Shown one piece after another: positions 1 to 8,411 of a stretch of 32,000 nt of DNA. The notes under the pieces are model-generated. The model was not told where the DNA came from. It worked only from the letters and a program-made list of their open reading frames with translations, and did no database searches. A program made the position numbers and the translations under genes. This stretch comes from Thermoproteota archaeon (GTDB lineage: Archaea > Thermoproteota > Thermoprotei > Gearchaeales > Gearchaeaceae): assembly GCA_032249315.1 (NCBI GenBank), contig JAVVGB010000003.1:19099-51098 (forward strand), given 5' to 3'. How positions within the stretch are numbered: the stretch's first letter is position 1; the number at the start of each line of letters is the position of its first letter.

Positions 1-203
1 AGAATATAATCTTCAATCTTCTTAATTTCTTCGTCATTTAAGTATCCTATTTTGGTTAACGGATTTATATTTAGCATCTTACAGATAGCTAAAGCAGTAT
101 TAAAACCTATACCCTTGATCTTTTGTAATGCATAATAAACTTGATCCTCTCCTTTCAGATCTTTACCTGTTATTCTAACTATTTGTTTGATTTCGGTGCT
201 CAC
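1..203 (-). CDS. rps13: 30S ribosomal protein uS13, N-terminal 67 codons; the gene runs off the window start
   Basis: Hand translation of the minus strand from GTG at 201-203 gives VSTEIKQIVRITGKDLKGEDQVYYALQKIKGIGFNTALAICKMLNINP... with no stop down to position 1. This is the typical uS13 N-terminus. An in-frame stop lies just upstream at 216-218 and there is no ATG, so a GTG start is inferred. The gene is not in the supplied ORF track. Confidence 0.8.
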   Translation of the reverse strand, partial: MSTEIKQIVRITGKDLKGEDQVYYALQKIKGIGFNTALAICKMLNINPLTKIGYLNDEEIKKIEDYI

Positions 204-255
204 GATAAAAGTATATTATTATTTTTTGCTTAAATTTTTTTCTAAAAGAAAAAGC

Positions 256-265
256 AAAAATATTT
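256..265 (+). promoter_or_regulatory. Candidate TATA-like element (AAAAATATTT) for tRNA-Ser(GGA)
   Basis: The A/T box is centred about 27 nt upstream of tRNA position 1 (288), which is the usual archaeal TATA-to-start spacing. Specificity is weak in such AT-rich DNA. Confidence 0.3.
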
Positions 266-287
266 CTGAAAAAATTATTTCTTTAGA

Positions 288-372
288 GCCGGGATTGCCT
301 AGCCTGGTAAGGCGCAGGCCTGGAGAGCCTGTGGGGATTTTCCCCGCGTGGGTTCAAATCCCACTCCCGGCG
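288..372 (+). tRNA. tRNA-Ser(GGA), class II with a long variable arm; 85 nt, no intron, CCA not encoded
   Basis: Manual cloverleaf: acceptor GCCGGGA/UCCCGGC, D arm GCCU-AGCCUGGUA-AGGC, anticodon arm CAGGC-CUGGAGA-GCCUG, variable arm UGGGGAUUUUCCCCGC, T arm GUGGG-UUCAAAU-CCCAC, discriminator G. Confidence 0.9.
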
Positions 373-1333
373 TTTTCTATAATTCTTAATACTTTATCTA
401 CTTTTGCAACTATACCAGATTTTGACTTTACAATTTCCTCAGAATTTAGCTCAGATTTAGCTATAGCAATTATTTCGTTATATACTGTATTAATAGTAAC
501 TATAGATTTAGCTTTAACATCAGAAGTTACAGCTATAACTGCAGGAGAAGCTACAAAGGATCCATGGGTAATCGAAAATAAAGAAGAATCTTTAACATAA
601 ATTTTAGGTAAAAAGAATAACAATTCTTCCAAAGGTCTTACAAATTCATTTAAATAAGTAGGATTATTATAGTTTTTCCATTCTCTATAAGCACCAAAAA
701 GTTCATGCAAGGTTATTACTCTTTTATCATTTTCATTTAAGGTTCCTATTCCTATTCTTCTTAAATCTTTCATATGAGCTCCACAACCTAATATTTCACC
801 TATATCATGACATAATTTTCTAACATATGTTCCTGCTTGACATTTAATTTTTAATAATACATCTCTATCTTTAAAATCAAGAATTTCTATGTTGTAAATT
901 TTCCTTCTCCTAGGCTTTTTGCTAACAGCAGATCTTAAAGGTGGTTTTTGATAAATCTCTCCTATAAACATTTTAATAACTTTTTCAAGTTCATTTTTAT
1001 CTACATTTTCATGCAATTGCATTTCGCAAATATATTCTTTATCCATTTTAGCTAATAAATCAGCTACTTTTCTAGCTTTTCCAAAAAGTATTATTAATAA
1101 ACCCGAAACAGCGGGATTTCTCCTTAATAATCTAGAGTCCCGCTGTGGGCTACAGGAAATTGAAATTCATCTCTTATCCATGCAGCTATTTGATGACTTG
1201 TAGGTCCTTTAGGTTTGTCAATAATTGAATAACCTAATTGTAATTTTTCTTCGATACTTTTTTTTACCAAAGGTACTGGAGAAAGTATAATTTTATGTTT
1301 TGTAGTCTCTTTATATAAGATCTTTCTTTGCAT
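354..1333 (-). CDS. cbf5: Pseudouridine synthase Cbf5 (TruB family, H/ACA RNP catalytic subunit). It is encoded as two ORFs (1124..1333 and 354..1046) that become one reading frame of about 321 aa after removal of a 14-nt BHB intron (1118..1131)
   Basis: The upstream ORF ends ...KPKGPTSHQIAAWIRDEFQFPVAHSGTLDY*. The downstream frame reads PAVSGLLIILFGKARKVADLLAK before its first Met. Deleting 1118-1131 gives HSGTLD-PAVSG, the conserved TruB motif-II context (GTLDP). A C-terminal PUA-like region is present. The gene sits in the conserved position after L14e. Confidence 0.85.
1118..1131 (-). other. Putative 14-nt bulge-helix-bulge (archaeal endonuclease-type) intron in the cbf5 pre-mRNA
   Basis: The mRNA reads CAGCGGGA-CUCU-AG|A-UUAUUAA-GGAG-AA|A-UCCCGCUG. 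There is an 8-bp outer helix (1138-1145 with 1109-1116) and a 4-bp central helix CUCU/GGAG. It is flanked by two 3-nt bulges on opposite strands. Cleavage after the 2nd nucleotide of each bulge removes exactly 14 nt and restores the frame. Confidence 0.65.
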
Positions 1334-1610
1334 CTATAACAACACCTTCCCTAAAGAAAGAGATTAGATTTTCTTTCTCTATACTTTGTAATACTTCAGA
1401 ATCTGAAGCATTTTTGCTTATTTTTAATACATGTGGCAAAAATATTAAATGGTCAATATTTACTTTTCTCCTTCTTACTCCTGTTAAGCTTTTTGGTCCT
1501 GTCACAACAACATAATTTTTATCTATAATGTTAACTATTACGCATTTTCTTCCAGCATCCCTTCCTCTTATTTTAACACAAACCCTTCCTAATGTTACCA
1601 ATGGTGGCAT
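1311..1610 (-). CDS. rpl14e: 50S ribosomal protein eL14
   Basis: 99-aa ORF with the KOW-like motif GRVCVKIRGRDAGRKCVIV. It lies in the conserved position between cmk and cbf5. Confidence 0.9.
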   Translation of the reverse strand: MPPLVTLGRVCVKIRGRDAGRKCVIVNIIDKNYVVVTGPKSLTGVRRRKVNIDHLIFLPHVLKISKNASDSEVLQSIEKENLISFFREGVVIDAKKDLI

Positions 1611-2148
1611 TTTTCTTAGAAAGATATGATTTTATTATAAATATAAGTATTTTTGCAACATCTTCAATTCCAAATAATGCAGTATTGATCATTATATCTA
1701 TAGGAGACAAATCATCAATGTTTATTCCATAAATTTCCATGTATCTTTTTTTATTGCTTTTCTCTCTAGCTAAAATTTCTTTTTTTGCTTCTTCAAAGCT
1801 TTTACCTTCTCTTTCCATTAGCCTTTTAATTCTTTCATTCAAAGGTGCAGTTACATAAATTTTTATATCTGCTATGTCCTTTAAGAGCCAACAAGCTAAA
1901 TGTCCTTCAACTACAATGTTACCTTTTTTAGCTTCTTCCAAAGCCATTTTATCTACCATAATATCATATTCATAATTCTTTTCAGCTAAAGCATGGAATT
2001 CTTCTAAGTTTATATTTAATTTTTTAGCTATTTCTCTGAATGCTGCACCAGTTGAAAATAATCTTAATCCTAATTCTTGAGATATAATTTTAGCATATGT
2101 TGATTTACCTGACGCAGGAGGGCCGCTAACAGTTATTATTATATTCAA
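1573..2148 (-). CDS. cmk: Cytidylate kinase, archaeal type
   Basis: 191-aa ORF with P-loop GPPASGKST and the archaeal Cmk-like layout (GLRLFSTGAAFREIAKK...). It occupies the conserved slot between L34e and L14e. Confidence 0.8.
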   Translation of the reverse strand: MNIIITVSGPPASGKSTYAKIISQELGLRLFSTGAAFREIAKKLNINLEEFHALAEKNYEYDIMVDKMALEEAKKGNIVVEGHLACWLLKDIADIKIYVTAPLNERIKRLMEREGKSFEEAKKEILAREKSNKKRYMEIYGINIDDLSPIDIMINTALFGIEDVAKILIFIIKSYLSKKNATIGNIRKGLC

Positions 2149-2405
2149 ATTTGAAAAGACTCAATTATTTTATTTTCAAGAATTTTTTTCAAACAATTGG
2201 GACATAAATATCCACCAAAGATTCTTTTAGGTCTTCTTGAAGATCTAGGTAAGCTTTTATAACCGTGATTTGTTCCGTGCAATTCAGATTTGCAAATTGC
2301 ACATTTATCTCTATTTCTTTTTTCTTTCAAGTAATGTATTGCATACCTTCCGCCAGGTGTCCTTACAATATGATATTTTTTACTTCTTAATGAAGGTTTC
2401 GGCAT
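2145..2405 (-). CDS. rpl34e: 50S ribosomal protein eL34
   Basis: 86-aa ORF containing RTPGGR and the Cys pairs CAIC...CPNC, which are typical of eL34. Confidence 0.9.
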   Translation of the reverse strand: MPKPSLRSKKYHIVRTPGGRYAIHYLKEKRNRDKCAICKSELHGTNHGYKSLPRSSRRPKRIFGGYLCPNCLKKILENKIIESFQI

Positions 2406-2426
2406 GTTATAATATACATATAATGT

Positions 2427-2888
2427 TTAATAAGAATATATACCTAATATTCTGTTTATTAAGAAACTTATAAAGAAAGTACATATCATATACCAAGCAA
2501 CAAAACCTATTTCATGGGAAATTAAAGGGAAAAAAGCAATACCTTGGATTAAACTAAAAGTTTGGTATAACCAAATAAAAAACAAATAAAAAGGTATAAT
2601 GAGAATAGTAAAATTCAAGAGACTTATTCTCAATGTTTGCCATTTCATTTTATCAATATAAGGTTTCTTTGCTTGTAATTTATTTAATTTTTGAGTATCT
2701 TTATTTCTCACTGCTTTAAAAAATTCTGAATCAAATTCTCTTATTTCCTTCATTATTCTTCTATATCTTTCCAAACCAAAAAATTTGCTTATAATTATTC
2801 TGCTAACCAATGCTGAAATTAAAGGAGAGGGTATAGCAAATAAAAATATTAAAAAAGTAGCAATGAATGGTGAATCGGCTATTATCAT
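2427..2888 (-). CDS. DUF106 / EMC3-TMCO1-like membrane protein (archaeal Oxa1/YidC-superfamily candidate)
   Basis: 153 aa with a hydrophobic N-terminal segment, a Lys-rich helical segment (KAVRNKDTQKLNKLQAKKPYIDKMK) and two more hydrophobic segments. It lies downstream of secY, the conserved archaeal DUF106 neighbourhood. Confidence 0.65.
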   Translation of the reverse strand: MIIADSPFIATFLIFLFAIPSPLISALVSRIIISKFFGLERYRRIMKEIREFDSEFFKAVRNKDTQKLNKLQAKKPYIDKMKWQTLRISLLNFTILIIPFYLFFIWLYQTFSLIQGIAFFPLISHEIGFVAWYMICTFFISFLINRILGIYSY

Positions 2889-4306
2889 TCTCCCTTCAAA
2901 AATCTTGCAAGTGATGGGAATTCTTCTTCAATTTTTTGCTGCAACAAAATTCTGTAATATTGATATATAATACCAACAGATAATAAAATACCTATTCCTG
3001 TTCCAATTATTCCCAAAGCGTCAGAAACTGATGCAAGAAGTCCTATAATTAAACCGCTAAACCAAGTTAATGTAGGTATATATCTGTTAAGAAGTTGCTT
3101 TAAAACAATTTCACTATGTCTAAATCCTTTTACTTGTATACCTGATTTGATCATTCTTTTAGCTTGTTCTTCAGCACTCATCCCAGATGTTTCTACCCAT
3201 GCTTTTGCAAAAAGAACACAAAGACCTGAAAAAATTAAAATATATATTATTGCATGAAGCGGATCATGCATCACATTATATATGTTTCTTGGCGGAGATA
3301 AATAATAAATTAAGCCACCAGTAGGCACTGCTTGATTTCCTACAACATTAAATTGAGCTATCATGTTTAAAAGAGGATCAGTATTAGATCTGTTATAATT
3401 ATTCCAAGTCATTTGAGAAAAGAAAAGTAAGTTAGCAGTTAAAGCTCCAGCTAATATTACAGGAACGTTTGAAACATATATTAACTGTAATGGTATTTTA
3501 GCTTTTAACCCTCCATATTTAGGATAAGCTACAGGAATTTCTATTTTTACTCCTTGAAGATAAACTATTAAAAATAAAACTATAATCATAGCTATTAAAC
3601 CTATAAGTGAAGAAGATCTTGCAATGTTAGGATTGCCAAATATTAAGTTACTAACAACATCGCCTCCAGCAGCAACATGAACCAAACGGGGAAAGAATCC
3701 AACATAGCTCCCGTTAATAATTACAGGGCTAAATAATTCAGTGAAAATTTGTGAAGCTACACCTGCTAATATGAATAGACTTACTGCACTACCAAAACCC
3801 CAGCCTTTTTGTAATATCTCATCAAATAAAATTATTAATATACCTACAGCAAACAACTGAATAACAACCAAAACTGCTGCAGACATACTTTGAACTCTTA
3901 ATAATCCACCTGCTATGAAAACAATTGCTTCCAATAAAGTAAATAATATTGCAAGTAATTTTTGAGTTCCAGTAAATAAAGCTCTTTGCTTTTTATCGGT
4001 AAGATCCAAATTAATTATCTTTGAACCTACCAGCAATTGCATTATTAAACCTGCAGTAACAATTGGTCCTACACCGAGTTGCGCTAAAGTACCAAATTTA
4101 GCAGCAAAAATTATCGAAAATAAAGGCGAAAATGCTTCTTGTTGTTCCTTTGCAATAGGATATAAAGGTATTTGTGTAAAAGCTAAATAAATTGTTAAAA
4201 CAATAACAGTCCAAACCAACTTTTCTCTAAAACCTACTATTCTTTTTGCTTTGGGTACTTCAGGTAATATAGATAATATAGGTCTTAAGGATTCAAGAAC
4301 TGTCAT
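2885..4306 (-). CDS. secY: Preprotein translocase subunit SecY
   Basis: 473-aa polytopic membrane ORF directly after uL15, the universal spc-operon position. Confidence 0.95.
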   Translation of the reverse strand: MTVLESLRPILSILPEVPKAKRIVGFREKLVWTVIVLTIYLAFTQIPLYPIAKEQQEAFSPLFSIIFAAKFGTLAQLGVGPIVTAGLIMQLLVGSKIINLDLTDKKQRALFTGTQKLLAILFTLLEAIVFIAGGLLRVQSMSAAVLVVIQLFAVGILIILFDEILQKGWGFGSAVSLFILAGVASQIFTELFSPVIINGSYVGFFPRLVHVAAGGDVVSNLIFGNPNIARSSSLIGLIAMIIVLFLIVYLQGVKIEIPVAYPKYGGLKAKIPLQLIYVSNVPVILAGALTANLLFFSQMTWNNYNRSNTDPLLNMIAQFNVVGNQAVPTGGLIYYLSPPRNIYNVMHDPLHAIIYILIFSGLCVLFAKAWVETSGMSAEEQAKRMIKSGIQVKGFRHSEIVLKQLLNRYIPTLTWFSGLIIGLLASVSDALGIIGTGIGILLSVGIIYQYYRILLQQKIEEEFPSLARFLKGE

Positions 4307-4748
4307 TTCTAACCACAGGTATGCTTCCTAATGATTTTATCTTTTCTAAAGCTTTCTCACTAAAGAATTTTGCTTTTATAATGAACTTATTATTTAATGA
4401 ACCATTACTTAAAACTTTATCATATCCCCATTCAGTTAAATCTATTTCATAGTAACCATTTTCATTAGGTTTTAAAATTCCTTTTTCAATTAAAGAAAAG
4501 GCAATATTTGAAATTTGGCTCAGATTTATTGTATTATAATATTTTCTATTTGGTCTTACAAATCCATGTTTACCAAAATAATCAGGCTCATACCTTAATA
4601 CCCAACTCCATTTGTGTTTGCCACTTTTTCTTCCTGCATTTCCAACACCACCCTTAGAACCGCTTTTTCTATGCTGACCAACTCTACCATAACCATGAGT
4701 ACGATAACCTCGAAGTTTTCTTGACTTTTTTTCTTTCCTTGTTACCAT
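4293..4748 (-). CDS. rpl15: 50S ribosomal protein uL15
   Basis: 151 aa with the Gly/Lys-rich N-terminus GYGRVGQHRKSGSKGGVGNAGR; operon position agrees. Confidence 0.9.
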   Translation of the reverse strand: MVTRKEKKSRKLRGYRTHGYGRVGQHRKSGSKGGVGNAGRKSGKHKWSWVLRYEPDYFGKHGFVRPNRKYYNTINLSQISNIAFSLIEKGILKPNENGYYEIDLTEWGYDKVLSNGSLNNKFIIKAKFFSEKALEKIKSLGSIPVVRNDSS

Positions 4749-4794
4749 ATAAGTATAATATAAAATACATATACAAAGAAATAAAAAGTTAACC

Positions 4795-5256
4795 TTAAAT
4801 CATACGTAAAATTAGCTCATTAATTTTTTCTCCTCTATACCCTAATTCCCCTCCTTGAGAGAAAAACTTTTTTGTAGAATGTTTAAAGCCTTTCTTCGGA
4901 GGTGAAAGTCTAAATACAGGTTTAATAAAGTTAGGAATTTTTCCTGTTTTTAAAATATATTCAGCTAATTCTTCGAACGTTGCAAAGTTATACTTTTGAA
5001 GAATTTCTTCAGTTAATTTTTTATTTCCTTTAATTCTACCTCTTTTCTTTAAAAGTTCTATAAGCACATCTTTATTTATTTCTCCATAGGTTGTAACTTC
5101 AGAAACAACTTTTAACATTCCAAGTATAGAAGAAGTTTTTGGATACAATGTACATATATTTACTCTTGTTAATCTCAAAAGACGGGCAGTAAACCTAACT
5201 TCAGGCCTTCTATCTATTAAGCTTCTTATTCTAATTACAGCTAATAATTCTGGCAT
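4795..5256 (-). CDS. rpl30: 50S ribosomal protein uL30
   Basis: 153-aa ORF between uS5 and uL15 with N-terminus LAVIRIRSLIDRRPEV, typical of archaeal L30/L7e. Confidence 0.85.
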   Translation of the reverse strand: MPELLAVIRIRSLIDRRPEVRFTARLLRLTRVNICTLYPKTSSILGMLKVVSEVTTYGEINKDVLIELLKKRGRIKGNKKLTEEILQKYNFATFEELAEYILKTGKIPNFIKPVFRLSPPKKGFKHSTKKFFSQGGELGYRGEKINELILRMI

Positions 5257-5870
5257 TAGAAAACGTTTAATTTATATAGATTTTTAAAAGCGTCATAAAC
5301 AGCAAATGCAAAATTTATATGATTACTTGTGTTCCCTTTTGTCCATGTCCATACATCATTTATGCCAGCCAATGCAAATATAGGTTTTATAAATTCTCCT
5401 GCTACTAAACCTAAACCATATGGTGCAGGAAACAAAGCTATTCTTACGCTTCCATATTTTCCTCTAACTTTAAAGGGAATACTATGAGGTCTATTACATG
5501 AGCATTCCCAACTCCCACAACCCCTTATCACAGGTATTATATTTAGTTTCGCATTATAGGTTGCTTTTTCTATAGCATTTCTTGTTTGTTTTGCTTTACC
5601 TAACCCTATACCTACATGGCCATTTTTATCTCCCACCACCACAAGACTTTCAAACCTTGTAACTTCCCCTGCAGCTGTTTGTTTTTGTACAGCTCTTGTA
5701 AAAAGCACCTGTACTTGTAAATTAGGAATTAAAATATCTACAATAGCTGGTTCTTGAATTCTTAAATTATTTTCAAAGATCTCATCTATAGAATTTATTT
5801 TACCTTCTCTTACTAATTTTCCTAATGTTGTGGTAGGCTCCCAACTTTCCAAGCTCGTCATTTTATCCAA
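5256..5870 (-). CDS. rps5: 30S ribosomal protein uS5
   Basis: 204 aa with motif VVVGDKNGHVGIGLGKAKQ; operon position agrees. Confidence 0.92.
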   Translation of the reverse strand: MDKMTSLESWEPTTTLGKLVREGKINSIDEIFENNLRIQEPAIVDILIPNLQVQVLFTRAVQKQTAAGEVTRFESLVVVGDKNGHVGIGLGKAKQTRNAIEKATYNAKLNIIPVIRGCGSWECSCNRPHSIPFKVRGKYGSVRIALFPAPYGLGLVAGEFIKPIFALAGINDVWTWTKGNTSNHINFAFAVYDAFKNLYKLNVF

Positions 5871-6444
5871 ACCTCTCTTTAATTAATGAAAAAGTTTTAT
5901 TAAAATATTCTTCTATATTTTCAGGCATAATATTTTGGGAAATAAGATAAGAAAAACGTTTTTTGTAATTTTCTTCATTTGTTTCTTTTAAAAGTTTAGC
6001 ATATTTGATTATATGATTACCTTTTATACGTTCCTCAGAAGGAAGCATTTCTGGATCTACAGGAACTTTTAATCCTGCATCCAAAATTCCTTTGATTACA
6101 GCAAAAATTCTTGAGCCTTTTGTAGCTGAATGTAAGCCTATGTCTAAAGCTACATTTTCTATTTTTTTCTGCAGAGCAATTTTTCCAGCTATATACCCAA
6201 TTAAATAACATGCAGACAAGTTTTTACAACTGTAAGGCCATCCAAATTTCTTTAAAATTATTGAATTGATACCTGCTAAACATATATCTCCTTTAATAGC
6301 TGGTTTAATAAATTGAATATTAATATATTTATTAGATCTTCTTACAACTAACCTTGTTTTCCCAGAAATTACGAATATTTTACGTTTATAATAATTGGTT
6401 AAACCTTTTCTTCTACGCTTAAATTTTAATAATTTCTTAGCCAT
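5863..6444 (-). CDS. rpl18: 50S ribosomal protein uL18
   Basis: ORF 5863..6474. I prefer the internal ATG at 6442-6444 (MAKKLLKFKRRRKGLTNYYKR), which gives the canonical uL18 N-terminus and starts just after the eL19 stop. The 6474 start remains possible. Confidence 0.85.
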   Translation of the reverse strand: MAKKLLKFKRRRKGLTNYYKRKIFVISGKTRLVVRRSNKYINIQFIKPAIKGDICLAGINSIILKKFGWPYSCKNLSACYLIGYIAGKIALQKKIENVALDIGLHSATKGSRIFAVIKGILDAGLKVPVDPEMLPSEERIKGNHIIKYAKLLKETNEENYKKRFSYLISQNIMPENIEEYFNKTFSLIKERFG

Positions 6445-6445
6445 T

Positions 6446-6889
6446 TTAAGTTTGACCGCTTTTATAACTTTCAATATATGCCCTAATTCTTGCTCGAGAT
6501 GTTAATATTCCTGCTTTAACATATTTTCTTAACTTTTGGTATAATTTATTATCAATAAGTCCTTTATCGTATAGATTCCTTAGGTATTTTCTTAATCCTC
6601 TTATCTTTTTTACATATTCCTTTTTCTTAATTTTGATCTTCTTCCCTTTTATGCTTCCTGGACCTTTTCGTAATCCTTTTCTCTTTTGCTTTAATTTTTT
6701 CCTAAACCTTCCTTTACTAATTCCTTTTTTTGACTTGATTTTTATTATACCATCTTCAATTAATTTCCTTATTTCTTCACGTGAAATTACTGTTGATAAC
6801 TTATCATAATATTCAGGATCAATATATACTCTGCTTTTACCTACGCCTTTTACTTTAGCAGCTAATTCTCTAACATAATCTAAGCTCAT
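6446..6889 (-). CDS. rpl19e: 50S ribosomal protein eL19
   Basis: 147-aa, highly basic ORF starting LAAKVKGVGKSRVYIDP; operon position agrees. Confidence 0.9.
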   Translation of the reverse strand: MSLDYVRELAAKVKGVGKSRVYIDPEYYDKLSTVISREEIRKLIEDGIIKIKSKKGISKGRFRKKLKQKRKGLRKGPGSIKGKKIKIKKKEYVKKIRGLRKYLRNLYDKGLIDNKLYQKLRKYVKAGILTSRARIRAYIESYKSGQT

Positions 6890-7273
6890 TTAAATCACCG
6901 GATTAGCTACTTTTATACCAAGTTTATTGGCAATATCTAATATTTGTAATCTTTTCTTTTTACCTACGGAAGCAGCTATTCTTATTATATGTTTATTTTT
7001 ATCTAATTTTTCTACTTCTTTAGCATTATGAACGATAACTTCCATTAAACCAGAGGGGTGCAAATATCTTGCCTTTTTAATTTTTCTATATCCTATATTT
7101 ACTATAGGAGGCCAACCTTTTCTCTTTAAACGCATTTTGGTATCTAAACCTTTAGGTCTTCTCCAACCCGAATCTTCAAGTCTTTTAACTTTCCATGAAT
7201 CTGCTCTTACAAAATCTGGCATTTTTCTTTTTTGTTTTTCTCTAATTTTTAAGGCTTTATTTATCTCCTTCAT
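6890..7273 (-). CDS. rpl32e: 50S ribosomal protein eL32
   Basis: 127 aa with motif GWRRPKGLDTKMR; lies between uL6 and eL19. Confidence 0.9.
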   Translation of the reverse strand: MKEINKALKIREKQKRKMPDFVRADSWKVKRLEDSGWRRPKGLDTKMRLKRKGWPPIVNIGYRKIKKARYLHPSGLMEVIVHNAKEVEKLDKNKHIIRIAASVGKKKRLQILDIANKLGIKVANPVI

Positions 7274-7839
7274 TTTCCTCTATAATAAACATAAATTCCA
7301 TCTAAGAATTTCCTAGGATCCTTATCTTTAATTTTTGTTGCTAATTGAATATTAAAAGCTGTTTGGCTTACTTCATCTTTATCTATTCCACTTATTATTA
7401 CATCTTCTCCTTCAACTTTTACCTGCGTATACTTACCTAAAATTTTTGCTACTCTTGGTGATCTCTCACCTATAAAGTTTTCAATATATACGGTATCTCC
7501 TTTAACTTTAACATTAATAGGAAAGTGAGTATGAACTATTTTAAGTTTATAAACATATCCTTCAATTACTCCTTTTATTGAATTTTTTATTTTCGATGCT
7601 AAAGTATATAATAAGGATTTACCTCTTTTGCCTTTAATATAAACTTCTATTATTATCTTGTTATTTTCCTTGTAGATTTTATACTTATTTTTGGAAATGT
7701 TTAACTTTCTTGGACTAAAGTCTTTTACAATTTCACCTTTTGGACCTTGTATTTTTACCAAATAATTATCGTCGATATCCACATTTATATCCTCAGGTAT
7801 AGGTAATTCCTCTTTAAAAATTAATTGATTAATAGACAT
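7270..7839 (-). CDS. rpl6: 50S ribosomal protein uL6
   Basis: 189 aa in the operon position after uS8, with the two-repeat uL6-like layout (VKIQGPKGE...). Confidence 0.9.
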   Translation of the reverse strand: MSINQLIFKEELPIPEDINVDIDDNYLVKIQGPKGEIVKDFSPRKLNISKNKYKIYKENNKIIIEVYIKGKRGKSLLYTLASKIKNSIKGVIEGYVYKLKIVHTHFPINVKVKGDTVYIENFIGERSPRVAKILGKYTQVKVEGEDVIISGIDKDEVSQTAFNIQLATKIKDKDPRKFLDGIYVYYRGK

Positions 7840-8212
7840 AAGCTAAAGCTACTCCTCCAATTCTTTTTTCAAATGCCTCTTTAGTTGTCATGACACCTTG
7901 GTTTGTTGTCACTATAATTATTCCAATATCTCTGCTAGGCAAGTACTTGCTCTCTAATTTTACAAATTCCCTATAACTATATCCTAGTCTAGGTTTTATT
8001 ATACCGCAATTATTTATTCTTCCAAGTAATTGTATTCTAATCTTAGAACCTCTTCCATCATCTATTACTTCAAATTCTCCAATATATCTATGACGTTGAA
8101 TTGTTTTTAACACCTCAATCAAAAGTTTTGATGAAGGATAAACTAGGCATTCTTTTTTATTCCTCATCTCTGCATTTTTAATTGAAGTTATCATATTAGC
8201 AAGGAGCCTCAT
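7829..8212 (-). CDS. rps8: 30S ribosomal protein uS8
   Basis: 127 aa with N-terminus LANMITSIKNAEMRNKKE; operon position agrees. Confidence 0.9.
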   Translation of the reverse strand: MRLLANMITSIKNAEMRNKKECLVYPSSKLLIEVLKTIQRHRYIGEFEVIDDGRGSKIRIQLLGRINNCGIIKPRLGYSYREFVKLESKYLPSRDIGIIIVTTNQGVMTTKEAFEKRIGGVALAYVY

Positions 8213-8249
8213 GATAACTTATTATTTTAAAAAAGCAACATATAAACCT

Positions 8250-8411
8250 TTATTCATATTTTTTAAATCCGACCAAAGGAGCAATTTCCCTAAAACATCT
8301 TCGACAATAATATAAATTATATTTCTTTATTACACCTTTTGTAGTACCGCATCGTTTGCATTTAGAAACGATTTTACCAAACTTTCTTTCCTTGGGTTTT
8401 ATTTTACCCAT
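8250..8411 (-). CDS. rps14: 30S ribosomal protein uS14 (zinc-ribbon type, 53 aa); absent from the supplied ORF track
   Basis: Hand translation gives MGKIKPKERKFGKIVSKCKRCGTTKGVIKKYNLYYCRRCFREIAPLVGFKKYE*. It has CxxC...CxxC and the CRxCFRE motif. Its ATG (8409-8411) overlaps the uL5 stop (8411-8413) by 1 nt. It fills the expected slot between uL5 and uS8. Confidence 0.9.
   Translation of the reverse strand: MGKIKPKERKFGKIVSKCKRCGTTKGVIKKYNLYYCRRCFREIAPLVGFKKYE

Noticed and set aside
187-600. 137-aa plus-strand ORF spanning tRNA-Ser(GGA) and the antisense strand of cbf5
   Set aside because: It runs straight through a well-folded tRNA gene and then lies antisense to the conserved Cbf5 PUA region. 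Its composition is the low-complexity Ile/Leu/Phe/Ser type expected from the reverse strand of AT-rich genes. It is a shadow ORF.
1047-1123. cbf5 as a frameshifted pseudogene or two independent genes
   Set aside because: Both halves are intact and conserved, including the region upstream of the first Met of the second ORF. The interruption is an exact 14-nt insert sitting in a near-perfect bulge-helix-bulge fold. Splicing explains the data better than decay. An assembly indel cannot be excluded without reads.
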